A stretch of DNA of 64,000 bases from positions 20,785-84,784 of the forward strand of contig CACODD010000002.1 in the NCBI GenBank assembly GCA_902625895.1. Reading direction: 5' to 3'. The notes under the pieces were generated by a model that ran no database searches, had not been told where the DNA came from, and worked only from the letters and a program-made list of their open reading frames with translations. This DNA is from an uncultured Alphaproteobacteria bacterium (lineage in GTDB: Bacteria > Pseudomonadota > Alphaproteobacteria > Methylaequorales > Methylaequoraceae). The position numbers and the translations under genes are program-made. This document shows, piece after piece, positions 52,150-61,893 of the stretch (positions are counted from its first letter, which is position 1; every line of letters begins with the position of its first letter).

Positions 52150-55100
52150 AATATTAAATAAATATGCACTAGATAAATCTTCACTAGAATTCTTTTTAGC
52201 TGCTCAGTCCACTAAATACAACAAAATTGCGTATTTTTCCAGTATTGAATACGATTTCGATGAAATCAAAAATAAATTACTTAAAATCAACCCTAAATTG
52301 AATGTAATTGAATTTCCAAGTTTTGATTGTTTTTTTTTTTCAAATCTTTCACCTACTAATAAAAATAAGTCCGATCGAATAAATTGTCTTCATAATATAG
52401 TTTTCTCAGATTTCTCAGAAAATATAATTATAAGTTCTATTAAAGCCATAGCAACCAATACAATTAACATTGAAACCGTAAAGAAATCTCAATTAGTAAT
52501 AAGGAAAAGAAGCTCTTTAACATACGACCAAATTCTTAATTTTTTAGTTGAAGGTGGGTACGAGAGAGTTGATTTTGTACATAATAAAGGAGAATTTGCA
52601 ATAAGAGGAGAAATTATGGATATTTTCTCTCCAATTCATAAACAACCACTTAGAATTTTATTTGACTTTGAAAAAATAGACAAACTAAATTTGTTTTCTA
52701 CACAAGACCAACTTTCAATAAGTACTGTTAATGATTATTATTTATCCTTATCCTCTGAGTTTCAATTCAATTCAGAGAATATAGCATGTTTTAGAAGCTT
52801 GTTTAGACAACTTAAACTAAAGGATAAAGACGACTATTATAAATCACTTTCTCAGAAAATAGTTTTACCAGGTACAGAACAGTTTTTTCCAATCTTAAAT
52901 AATAATTTTAATTCTTTTTTAGAATATTTAGATGGTTATAAAATCCTTTTGGACTCTAATTTTGAAAAGGATTTCAAACAAGTAACATCGGATTTATTTG
53001 ACAATATTGATGAATATAAAGATTTAAAAAAAATCAATTGTAATTATTTTTATAATTTAAAAGAACTAAATTCTAAAATTGAAAATAGATTCCATACTCT
53101 TTCATTCAATCAGTTAAATTCAAAAGAAGAAGGAATAAATTATTTTTCATCAAGATATAATTTTCATAAAAATAAAATACTAAATCAAAAAAAGTTAATA
53201 ACTTTAATAAAAAAAAGAGAAATTATAATTTTCTGTTATTCATCAAATGTAAATAAAAAAAAAATTCTAAGTTTTTTAAATTCAAAAAACATAAACTATA
53301 TAGACAAGTTTAAACAAGATTTTTTTGATTTAACTAGAATAAACTTTAACTTCTTAGTCTATAAATTCACAATAAATAATAGTTTCGTTTTAAATTTTAA
53401 TAATACTCATTCACTATATTTTATTTCTGATGAAGAAATTTATGGCAAAACTTCGAAAAAATATATTTCTAAATCAATAAAAGAAGAAAATTTGATAGAT
53501 GATTATTCAAATCTTAAAATTGGAGATTATATAGTCCATAATGACCATGGTATTGGAAAATATAATGGACTTATATCCAGAACGTTTAATAACGTTGTTC
53601 AAGAGTTTTTAGAGTTGCTATATCATGGAAATGATAAATTGTTAATTCCAGTAGAGAATCTAGATCAGATTTCAAAATATGGTCAAAGTGAAATTAAGGT
53701 GAGCTTAGATAAGTTAGGTATACAGAGTTGGCAGCAAAGAAGGGCCATTGTAAAGAATCGAATAAAAGACATTGCAGAGAATTTATTAAAAACTGCAGCT
53801 AAGAGAAAATTAGAAAAAGGTGATGTTCTCATTCCTAAATCTTTTGAGTATGAAAAATTCTCATCAGAGTTTGAATTTACGGAAACATCAGATCAGTTAA
53901 AATCAATACAACAAATTGAGAATGATTTGGCCTCAGGTTCACCAATGGACCGCTTAATCTGCGGAGATGTGGGTTTTGGAAAAACAGAAATAGCAATGAG
54001 AGCTTCATTTGTTTCTGTTTCAGCTGGATTCCAAGTTGCATTGATATGCCCTAAATTACTTTTAGTAAATCAACACATAAAAAATTTTAAAAAAAGATTT
54101 AAAAATTTTGATTATGTAATAAAAAAAATTTCAAGAATTGAATCAGATACTGAAAAAAAAAATCTTAAAGAAGAAATTGGTAATGGAAATATTGATATTC
54201 TAATTGGAACTCATGCAATATTATCAAGCGAACTTGTCTTTAAAAAGTTAGGTTTAATAATCATTGATGAGGAGCAGAGTTTTGGTGTTGAACAAAAAGA
54301 AATACTAAAAAAATTTAAGCCAAATTGTCATATCCTGACTTTAACTGCGACACCAATTCCAAGAACATTACAATCGTCTATATTTCAATTAAAAAATATT
54401 TCATTAATAAAAACTCCACCTCTTAGTAGATTGAATATAAAAACCTATCTTATGTTGAAGGAAAAAAAACAATTAAAAAAAATTATTCAAAAAGAAATTA
54501 ATCGTGATGGACAGATTTTTTATGTGGCACCGAGAATTTCTGATTTAAATAATATCCAAAAAAATCTAAATAATCTCATTCCTAATGAGAAAATAGAAGT
54601 AATTCATGGTAGATTGTCCAATAAAAATATTGAAGAATCTTATAATAGATTCTTTTTAAAAAAGTCAAAAATATTGGTTTCAACAGCTATGATCGAATCT
54701 GGATTAGATATTTCTAATGTGAATACAATAATAATTGAAAAGCCACAATTATTTGGTCTTTCTCAGTTATATCAGTTAAGAGGACGAGTGGGCAGATCAA
54801 GTAGACAAGCATATGCATACTTGCTTCTTGATGATTTTAAAAATATAAGCGAAAATTCGATTCAAAAACTTAAAATAATCTCTAAAATTCAAAATCTTGG
54901 TGCAGGCTTATCTATTGCTTCTAGTGACCTTGAGCTTAGAGGAGGGGGGAATATTGTTGGGTCAGAACAGTCAGGTCATATTAAAGAAGTAGGTATTGAA
55001 CTATATTATAAAATGCTCAAAGAAACTATTGACGAACTTAAAAATATTAAGACAATTGATAGAGATTGGTCCCCAGTAATTAAACTTGGATTCGCAATTA

Positions 55101-55510
55101 GTATTCCAAAAAATTACATTAAAGATTTGGATATGAGATTGAGCTTTTATAGAAAAATATCGAATATAGTTAATATTGACGAATTAGAGAATATGCTATC
55201 CAACTTGAATGATAGGTTCGGAAACATTCCTAACTCTTTCAAGAATTTATTTCATATAATTGAGATTAAATTAAAAGCTAAAAAGATGAATATAAAAAAA
55301 ATTGAGAATACCAATAAAGGTTTTGTACTGGAATTTAAAGATGATAATATGATGAATGTTGAAAAACTTATAAAATTAGTTGAAAAAAATGCTGAAATTT
55401 TAAAATTGATGCCAGGTTCAAAGTTATTTTTTAAGAATGTTAAAATTAAAGATGAAGAGAAAGTAATGAGTTTAAAAAATCTTTTACAAATACTCTCTAA
55501 ACAAATATGA
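52142..55510 (+). CDS. mfd: Transcription-repair coupling factor
   Basis: VHNDHGIGKY, CGDVGFGKTE, DEEQSFGV, QLRGRVGRS, TRCF C-terminus; the N-terminal half is diverged. Confidence 0.95.
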   Translation: MNKILNKYALDKSSLEFFLAAQSTKYNKIAYFSSIEYDFDEIKNKLLKINPKLNVIEFPSFDCFFFSNLSPTNKNKSDRINCLHNIVFSDFSENIIISSIKAIATNTINIETVKKSQLVIRKRSSLTYDQILNFLVEGGYERVDFVHNKGEFAIRGEIMDIFSPIHKQPLRILFDFEKIDKLNLFSTQDQLSISTVNDYYLSLSSEFQFNSENIACFRSLFRQLKLKDKDDYYKSLSQKIVLPGTEQFFPILNNNFNSFLEYLDGYKILLDSNFEKDFKQVTSDLFDNIDEYKDLKKINCNYFYNLKELNSKIENRFHTLSFNQLNSKEEGINYFSSRYNFHKNKILNQKKLITLIKKREIIIFCYSSNVNKKKILSFLNSKNINYIDKFKQDFFDLTRINFNFLVYKFTINNSFVLNFNNTHSLYFISDEEIYGKTSKKYISKSIKEENLIDDYSNLKIGDYIVHNDHGIGKYNGLISRTFNNVVQEFLELLYHGNDKLLIPVENLDQISKYGQSEIKVSLDKLGIQSWQQRRAIVKNRIKDIAENLLKTAAKRKLEKGDVLIPKSFEYEKFSSEFEFTETSDQLKSIQQIENDLASGSPMDRLICGDVGFGKTEIAMRASFVSVSAGFQVALICPKLLLVNQHIKNFKKRFKNFDYVIKKISRIESDTEKKNLKEEIGNGNIDILIGTHAILSSELVFKKLGLIIIDEEQSFGVEQKEILKKFKPNCHILTLTATPIPRTLQSSIFQLKNISLIKTPPLSRLNIKTYLMLKEKKQLKKIIQKEINRDGQIFYVAPRISDLNNIQKNLNNLIPNEKIEVIHGRLSNKNIEESYNRFFLKKSKILVSTAMIESGLDISNVNTIIIEKPQLFGLSQLYQLRGRVGRSSRQAYAYLLLDDFKNISENSIQKLKIISKIQNLGAGLSIASSDLELRGGGNIVGSEQSGHIKEVGIELYYKMLKETIDELKNIKTIDRDWSPVIKLGFAISIPKNYIKDLDMRLSFYRKISNIVNIDELENMLSNLNDRFGNIPNSFKNLFHIIEIKLKAKKMNIKKIENTNKGFVLEFKDDNMMNVEKLIKLVEKNAEILKLMPGSKLFFKNVKIKDEEKVMSLKNLLQILSKQI

Positions 55511-56688
55511 ATACTTCTAAGAAACAGATTAATTTTAATTTGAACGATTTTCTTCCTTTTATTGACGGTTTGGATATTGCAATAAACTTTTCTTTAGTTA
55601 TTTTTTTTTCTTCTTTTCTTTTAGAGTCATTAGATACAAGAATAGGTGTTGTTATCTTATGTTTTGTTACTTCATTATCTTTTATTTCCAGAATATTTGA
55701 CTTAAAAATTTCAAAGTTATTAGAAAAATTAAAAATCAATAAAATAAATCTATTTTTAATTTTATGCTTTCTTTACTTTATACCTGTTATAATTCAAAAG
55801 GAATTTCCAATTTTATTATCAATTGGAATTTTCGGAATTTTTCGGGTTTTCACAGGTATTATAATTTCATTAAGTTATAGAAATGTTTTAATAAACGAAC
55901 AAAAATTTGGTACGGATGTTTTACAGTTGAAATATTGGATATTAATTTTTCTAGGTATTGCCTGCGGTTCACTATTTTATAATTTAATGAATGAAATTTA
56001 TTCAAATGATTTCATAAATAATGGTGGTTGGAAAATACTTTATGTAATAGTTATAACCTTACTTTTAGTAATATTTGTTTTTTCCAAATTTTATTTTAAA
56101 AAGAATCTAATTATAATTCTAGATTCCAATAATATAAAAAATAATTCTTTTGTTACTAACTATATAAACAGTTTTATTTTATTTATACCTATCTTATGTT
56201 TTTTACTTTTTTCTTTTTCTAATTGGCTGCCAAAATTCAGTAACCCCGATAATTTATACTTTTTAAGTTATGGATTTTTATATTTATTTCTAACTAACTT
56301 AATTTTGTTTTTTATAAAACCGCTTGCTAATATTGTAGGTAGAAGAAAATCTGTAATATTCTTCAATTTATCGGTTCTAATAATTTCCTCAATTTGCTCA
56401 TTTGTAGATCACTCATCAAGTTATAGTATCGATTTTCTTAAATTTTTTTTATCTTTGGTGTCAAGTTTCACAATTTGTTGCTTTATCCTTCAACAGCAAA
56501 TAAACAGAACAACAGAAAATTTATGTATTTCAAGTTTAAATCTTTCTTTTCTTACTACAGCTATATTTGTTTCGCCGTTTGTTTTTTTTGCAGTTAATTT
56601 TTCAATAAATTATTCTGCTATTTACATATTTTTATCAATAGTTTATTTTATAAATTATATAAGGTTCGTTATAAAAAAAGATGGATAA
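55507..56688 (+). CDS. Highly diverged MFS transporter (MHS/ProP-like)
   Basis: About 11-12 TM helices; NGGWKILY and LANIVGRRK resemble the MHS GWRIPF and D.IGR+ motifs. Confidence 0.55.
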   Translation: MNTSKKQINFNLNDFLPFIDGLDIAINFSLVIFFSSFLLESLDTRIGVVILCFVTSLSFISRIFDLKISKLLEKLKINKINLFLILCFLYFIPVIIQKEFPILLSIGIFGIFRVFTGIIISLSYRNVLINEQKFGTDVLQLKYWILIFLGIACGSLFYNLMNEIYSNDFINNGGWKILYVIVITLLLVIFVFSKFYFKKNLIIILDSNNIKNNSFVTNYINSFILFIPILCFLLFSFSNWLPKFSNPDNLYFLSYGFLYLFLTNLILFFIKPLANIVGRRKSVIFFNLSVLIISSICSFVDHSSSYSIDFLKFFLSLVSSFTICCFILQQQINRTTENLCISSLNLSFLTTAIFVSPFVFFAVNFSINYSAIYIFLSIVYFINYIRFVIKKDG

Positions 56689-57001
56689 AATTTCAGCCTC
56701 ACACATTTTGATAATGCATAAAGATTCTAAAGATTCTAGATCAAGTTTATCTAAAGAAGAAGCTATGAAACTTATCAAGAAAATACATAATGAACTGACT
56801 AGTGAGAAATCTTCTTTCAAAGATCTTGCTAGTAAACATTCTGAATGCTCCTCGTCTGCATATGGAGGAAGTTTAGGAGAATTTGGCAAAGGAATGATGG
56901 TTAAGCCCTTTGAGGAAAGTGCCTTTTCTCTAAAAGTTGGTGAAATTTGTGAACCGATTGAAACTGAGTTTGGTTTTCATATAATTAAAAGAGACGAATA
57001 A
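56681..57001 (+). CDS. Parvulin-type peptidyl-prolyl isomerase
   Basis: [36 protein letters not shown]. Confidence 0.93.
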   Translation: MDKISASHILIMHKDSKDSRSSLSKEEAMKLIKKIHNELTSEKSSFKDLASKHSECSSSAYGGSLGEFGKGMMVKPFEESAFSLKVGEICEPIETEFGFHIIKRDE

Positions 57002-57024
57002 ATACCGTGTGGTAATAAGAAGCT

Positions 57025-57252
57025 TTATTCTTTTAAATCTTCTGACCAAGCAGCTGCCAATAGCTGTCTGATTCTCACAATATTTTCATTATTTTGAGTT
57101 TTAATATTTATATCTTTTTTTTTTTTCTTTACGCTAGCGTTTAACCACAACATTTCAATTGATTCAATTAAATTTTTTTTTTCAATAGAGGATAGATTAT
57201 TGAAATTTTTAATAGACTCTTTCAAATTAATTATTTCGTTGTCATGCGCCAT
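57025..57252 (-). CDS. Small hypothetical protein
   Basis: 75-aa ORF overlapping the stop of the upstream microprotein. Confidence 0.55.
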   Translation of the reverse strand: MAHDNEIINLKESIKNFNNLSSIEKKNLIESIEMLWLNASVKKKKKDINIKTQNNENIVRIRQLLAAAWSEDLKE

Positions 57253-57388
57253 ATTCAGTTGCCATTTCGAATAAAAATCTTGTTTCTTTTTGATAAACTT
57301 CTTTATTAATAAATCCTTTTACATAAAGTTCTCTGACATTTTCCATTTCATTTTTTATTGCTATCAATTTTTCTTCTGTATTTGTCAT
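57242..57388 (-). CDS. 48-aa microprotein with a SHOCT-like motif
   Basis: Not in the ORF track. MTNTEEKLIAIKNEMENVRELYVKGFINKEVYQKETRFLFEMATEYGA; fills the otherwise empty gap. Confidence 0.6.
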   Translation of the reverse strand: MTNTEEKLIAIKNEMENVRELYVKGFINKEVYQKETRFLFEMATEYGA

Positions 57389-57431
57389 ATTTTGATAATA
57401 ATATAGTATTATATTTAGTAAACATTATAAT

Positions 57432-57686
57432 ATGAAAAATAGACTTTCAAAATCTATTCAAAGATTAAAAAAAGAGAAAAAACTTTCTGATAAAGAGAAA
57501 TCTGATTCAAAAGTTTTAACAGCGTATAATGTAAAAATATTTAGAAATTTGTCCGAGAAATATGACTTATCATTAACATTAAATAATGAAAAAACTAATA
57601 GAGAAAATGATAAGGAACAAAATTTAAGTTTGGGTGCACAGATGACTCTAGAAAGAATAAAAAAAGGTGAGAATTTTAAGTTATAA
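57432..57686 (+). CDS. Small basic hypothetical protein
   Basis: 84-aa ATG ORF heading the plus-strand run and overlapping DUF192. Confidence 0.6.
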   Translation: MKNRLSKSIQRLKKEKKLSDKEKSDSKVLTAYNVKIFRNLSEKYDLSLTLNNEKTNRENDKEQNLSLGAQMTLERIKKGENFKL

Positions 57687-58149
57687 AATTCTCTTTTTAG
57701 TTATTTTTGGATTTACCGAGCTGCGATCAAACGAGTTCGCACTCATTCATTCAAAAAATTTTTCTAATTTGTTAGTAAAAATAGCCGTTGATGATAATAC
57801 AAAGCAAAAAGGTCTTATGAATATGAAACAGTTAAAAACTCATAATGGGATGCTTTTTATTTACGATGCACCGCAAATAGTCAAGTTCTGGATGTACAAT
57901 ACTTTTATTCCGTTAGATATAATATTTATTGACGATAGAAATATTATCAGTTCTATTAAAGAGGGTGTTCCAATGAAAAAAAATTTAATTTCATCTGAAA
58001 TTAAAATTTCCGCTGTATTAGAAATACCAAGAGGTTGTGCAAAAAAATTAAAAGTTAAGAAAGGTCAAATTGTTTCTTGGATAATAAAAAATTCGGCTGA
58101 AATTAAAAATATAAGATATTTTCATTGTTTAAATTCAAAAGCAAAATAG
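57667..58149 (+). CDS. DUF192 family protein
   Basis: KGLM, GMLFIY, FWMYNTFIPLDIIFID, VLEIP.G. Confidence 0.9.
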   Translation: MRILSYKILFLVIFGFTELRSNEFALIHSKNFSNLLVKIAVDDNTKQKGLMNMKQLKTHNGMLFIYDAPQIVKFWMYNTFIPLDIIFIDDRNIISSIKEGVPMKKNLISSEIKISAVLEIPRGCAKKLKVKKGQIVSWIIKNSAEIKNIRYFHCLNSKAK

Positions 58150-58169
58150 AATAAAACGGGGAAATTGTT

Positions 58170-58787
58170 TTGGGAAAATTTATTGAAAAATATAAATTAG
58201 AAAATCCTAGCTTTAGCTTTGAATTAAATGAACTAATTCAAAAAATTAAGTCTGAGAATAATCAAGAAACAGAAGATTTGTTTTCTACAATTAACTCGCT
58301 AAGAGAAAAATTAGACCAATCCATTTTTGAAAAAAATAATGCAGTGCAAAAAGCTATTTCATTAAAGAATGATGAAATAAACCAATTAAAATCTTCTGTG
58401 CAAGAACTTAGAAATCAAATGGAGAAGCTAAGGTTTGAAAAAAGAGAAGCAATTCAAATTCAAATTCAGTCTTCAGCTAATGAAATAAAACAACTTAAGT
58501 TATCTTGCTCTGCATTAAGAGAAGAGCTTGAAAATTTAAAGTTCGAAAAACAAGAGGCAGTTCAAAATGCGATAAAGAAATCTTCACTTGAAATTAACGA
58601 ATTAAAAGATGCAACATCTGCGTTAAGAGACGAATTAGTTGAATCAAAGTTTTCAAAAAAACAAGCAATTCAAAAAGCGGTTTTAAATTCCAGTGATGAA
58701 ATTAAACAACTTAAAAATTCAACACAATCACTAAGAGACGAATTAGAAAAAGTAATAAAAAATTATGAAAAAAAAATCCAAAAATAA
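58170..58787 (+). CDS. Helical protein made of about five 36-aa tandem repeats
   Basis: TTG start with GGGGA RBS; repeat consensus A(V/I)Q.......EI.QLK.....LR.ELE...FEK at a 36-aa period. Confidence 0.85.
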   Translation: MGKFIEKYKLENPSFSFELNELIQKIKSENNQETEDLFSTINSLREKLDQSIFEKNNAVQKAISLKNDEINQLKSSVQELRNQMEKLRFEKREAIQIQIQSSANEIKQLKLSCSALREELENLKFEKQEAVQNAIKKSSLEINELKDATSALRDELVESKFSKKQAIQKAVLNSSDEIKQLKNSTQSLRDELEKVIKNYEKKIQK

Positions 58788-58798
58788 TAAGTTAAAAT

Positions 58799-61105
58799 AT
58801 GAAAAATGATAATGAAAAAATAGTTCAAACCCTGGAGAAGCTACGAAGAACTGAACTTTTACTTCAGATTTCAAGAAAAATTGCTGGACTTAAATCTTTA
58901 GAGGAGATTTTATGGACACTAATAGAATTCGTCACTAATGAGTTAGATGCAGATAGAGGAACATTATTTTTAAATGACAACGAAACAAATGAACTTTATT
59001 CAAGAGTTGCCCAAGGAGACTTGACTCGCGAAATAAGAATTTTAAACAACGTGGGAATAGCAGGTGCAATTTTTCAAAACAAGTCAGGGGAAGTCATTCA
59101 TGACGTTTATGCCGATTCCCGTTTTAACAAAGAAGTTGATCAAGAAACAGGTTATAAGACAAAAAATATGATTTGTTGTCCAGTTAAAACTGTTGACGGA
59201 TCGACAATAGGCGTTATTCAAGTTTTAAATAAAAGAAAGGGAAGATTTACAAAAGATAATCTTTTCTTTGCAGAATCAATTGCTACCCAAGCCGCTGTAT
59301 CAATTCAAAATGCTCAAAATACAGAACATTTTGAAAAAAAAAGAGCCAAAGAAATGGAGTTTATTAGTATTGTTTCTGATGTTACAGCTGAAATCGATTT
59401 AGGAGCTTTACTTCAAAGAGTGATGGAGGAGGCAACACGAATGCTAAATGCTGACAGGGCCACATTATTTTTAAATGATGAAAAAACCAATGAATTATTT
59501 TCAAGGGTTGCTATGGGGGAAGGCATTGGTGAGATAAGACTTCCTAATACTGCAGGAATTGCAGGATCTGTTTTTACTTCTGGTAAATCAATGAATATTC
59601 CTTATGCCTACGCTGATTTAAGATTTAATCCTTCATTTGATAAACAGACAGGGTATTTTACTCGTTCGATTTTATGTGTACCAGTTGTTAATAAAGAAGG
59701 TAAGGTAATTGGTTGTACACAAGTTTTAAATAAGAGTGGTGGCAAATTTACAGATGAAGATGAATCTAGATTAAAGGCATTTACTCAACAAGTTGCAATT
59801 GCTCTTGAAAATGCCAAGCTTTTTGAAGATGTTTCAAAATCTAGAAAGTATAATGAAAGCATGCTTTCTAGTATGTCTAACGGAGTTATAACAATTAACA
59901 GTGAAGAAGAAATTGTTACTTGTAACAAATCTGGTTTAAAAATACTGCGAACTAAAGATTCAGATATAATAAAAAAACAATCCAAAGTTTTTTTTTCCGG
60001 AAATAAAAAATGGATATATGAGAAAATTAAGAGTGTTGGTGAATCAAAAGAACCAGAAATTATTGTTGATGCAGAAATAGAGGTTTACGACAATGAAACA
60101 GAAAAAGAAGAAAAAATATCAGTAAATTTGACAATACTCCCACTGATAAATGAAGATAGTGATGGTAGAACAGATCAATCAGACAATTTTCTGGGTACTT
60201 TATTGATGTTTGAGGATATTTCTTCAGAAAAAAGAATGAAATCAACAATGTCTAGATACATGGATCCTGGAATAGCAGATCAATTATTAGAGGATGGATC
60301 AGACATCATGGGAGGCTTAGAAACAACGGCAACTTTGTTGTTTTCTGATTTAAGAAGTTTTACAACCATTACAGAGTCGTTGGGTGCCCAGGGCACTGTA
60401 AAATTATTGAATGAATATTTTGAAATAATGGTTGAATGCATATCAGAGCAGGGAGGTATGTTAGATAAATTTATTGGAGATGCAATAATGGCTGCATTTG
60501 GTCTTCCTATATCACATGAGGATGATGAAGATAGGGGTGTTAAAGCTGGTATCAATATGATCAAAAGATTATGGGAGTGGAACAAGCAAAGGGAAAAAGA
60601 CGGAAAGCCACCTGTGGATATGGGATTAGGATTAAATACTGACAAAATTGTGGCAGGAAATATTGGATCACAAAAAAGAATGGATTATACGATGATAGGT
60701 GACGGTGTGAATTTAGCAGCGCGTTTAGAAAGTGCATGCAAACAATATAGTGCAAGGATATTAATTAGTGACTATACTTTCAAAAAACTAAAAGGTACTT
60801 ATCGCATTAGGTATATAGATGATGTAGTTGTTAAAGGAAAAAAAGAACCTATAGGTGTTCATGAGGTTTTAGATTATCACAATGATAAAACTTTTCCGAA
60901 TTTAATGGATGTTGTCAATCATTTTAATGAAGGAAGAAAACATTATAAAAGTGGAAGTTTTGAGCAAGCTATTTCATCTTTTAACGAATGTCTAAAATCA
61001 AATTCTCAAGATAACTTATCAAAAACATACATTGAGAGGTGTAATTTATTAATAGAGGAAAAACCAACTGACTGGAATGGTGTTTGGGTGATGAAAAGCA
61101 AATGA
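58799..61105 (+). CDS. GAF-GAF-PAS class III adenylate cyclase with TPR-like tail (CyaB1-like)
   Basis: Two GAF repeats (ADRGTLFL / ADRATLFL; NK...F motifs), PAS (GVITIN), catalytic FSDLRSFT, DKFIGDAIMA and YTMIGDGVNLAARLE, VKGK, C-terminal helical repeat ending WNGVW. Confidence 0.93.
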   Translation: MKNDNEKIVQTLEKLRRTELLLQISRKIAGLKSLEEILWTLIEFVTNELDADRGTLFLNDNETNELYSRVAQGDLTREIRILNNVGIAGAIFQNKSGEVIHDVYADSRFNKEVDQETGYKTKNMICCPVKTVDGSTIGVIQVLNKRKGRFTKDNLFFAESIATQAAVSIQNAQNTEHFEKKRAKEMEFISIVSDVTAEIDLGALLQRVMEEATRMLNADRATLFLNDEKTNELFSRVAMGEGIGEIRLPNTAGIAGSVFTSGKSMNIPYAYADLRFNPSFDKQTGYFTRSILCVPVVNKEGKVIGCTQVLNKSGGKFTDEDESRLKAFTQQVAIALENAKLFEDVSKSRKYNESMLSSMSNGVITINSEEEIVTCNKSGLKILRTKDSDIIKKQSKVFFSGNKKWIYEKIKSVGESKEPEIIVDAEIEVYDNETEKEEKISVNLTILPLINEDSDGRTDQSDNFLGTLLMFEDISSEKRMKSTMSRYMDPGIADQLLEDGSDIMGGLETTATLLFSDLRSFTTITESLGAQGTVKLLNEYFEIMVECISEQGGMLDKFIGDAIMAAFGLPISHEDDEDRGVKAGINMIKRLWEWNKQREKDGKPPVDMGLGLNTDKIVAGNIGSQKRMDYTMIGDGVNLAARLESACKQYSARILISDYTFKKLKGTYRIRYIDDVVVKGKKEPIGVHEVLDYHNDKTFPNLMDVVNHFNEGRKHYKSGSFEQAISSFNECLKSNSQDNLSKTYIERCNLLIEEKPTDWNGVWVMKSK

Positions 61106-61824
61106 GGAATTTTCCACTGGGCAAAGGTTTACCGAGTTTAGATTATATAGTTAAGAATTGGCCAAAAACAAAATGTATTTTAAAAAAATATATTTTATCA
61201 AATCATAAACAACCAGATTTATACTCGATAGCTTTAATTTGTTTAAAAGAGTTAAAAGTTTTTAAGTTAAAAGACTATAAATCAATTATTAGAAAATTAT
61301 CAAAATTATGTTTAAGGAATACATGTTTCAATACATACCATGATTCACATCACTTTAAGTCAGTTTTGGTAATTTCATGCATATTAGGAAAACAAATAAA
61401 TTTAAAATACAAAGATAGGCTTTTATTGGTTATAATAGCTCTTACTCACGATATGAATCATCAGGGTAGAAGAATACTTATGAGCAAGCCCTACTATCAG
61501 GAATTAAAGAGTTATGCCGGATTAGAAAAAATTTTATTCAAAAAAATCTTTGTTTTTAAAGAATTAAAGAGGATTAAGAGAATATTTGAGAGCACCTTTT
61601 TCCCTATTAAACCAGAAAATGTAGAAGACGATCTTGAAAAAATAATTTTAGATGCTGATATATTATCATCCCTAATGTTTGGTCCTCAAGTTGGAGTGAA
61701 ACTCGCTAGCAGATTGAAACAAGAGATTAGGTATAATGATGATTCAGAACTACTTTTTTCAAATTTTCTTAAACTTTTAGGGGGAAAATGTTTATACCTA
61801 GATTATTCAAAAAAATCATGTTAA
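61102..61824 (+). CDS. HD-superfamily protein resembling the class I cyclic-nucleotide phosphodiesterase catalytic domain
   Basis: NTYHDSHH, ALTHDMNHQG, QELKS, ILDADILSS; ATG at 61102 overlaps the cyclase stop (ATGA). Confidence 0.72.
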   Translation: MRNFPLGKGLPSLDYIVKNWPKTKCILKKYILSNHKQPDLYSIALICLKELKVFKLKDYKSIIRKLSKLCLRNTCFNTYHDSHHFKSVLVISCILGKQINLKYKDRLLLVIIALTHDMNHQGRRILMSKPYYQELKSYAGLEKILFKKIFVFKELKRIKRIFESTFFPIKPENVEDDLEKIILDADILSSLMFGPQVGVKLASRLKQEIRYNDDSELLFSNFLKLLGGKCLYLDYSKKSC

Positions 61825-61857
61825 TAATAAACTATTATGAAATATTGTCGTTAAAAG

Positions 61858-61885
61858 TTATTCACAGTTATGAAATTGTGGATAA
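61858..61885. promoter_or_regulatory. Inverted pair of DnaA-box-like nonamers
   Basis: TTATTCACA (61858-61866), a 10-nt spacer, then TGTGGATAA (61877-61885, reverse complement of TTATCCACA). Confidence 0.5.
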
Positions 61886-61893
61886 GTAGTAAT

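Noticed and set aside
57003..57015. Hairpin TACC-GTGT-GGTA as a bidirectional terminator
   Set aside because: The stem is too short and there is no convincing U-tract.
61862..61881. CRP site next to the cyclase operon
   Set aside because: The half-sites are TCACA-N10-TGTGG, the wrong orientation and spacing for TGTGA-N6-TCACA.
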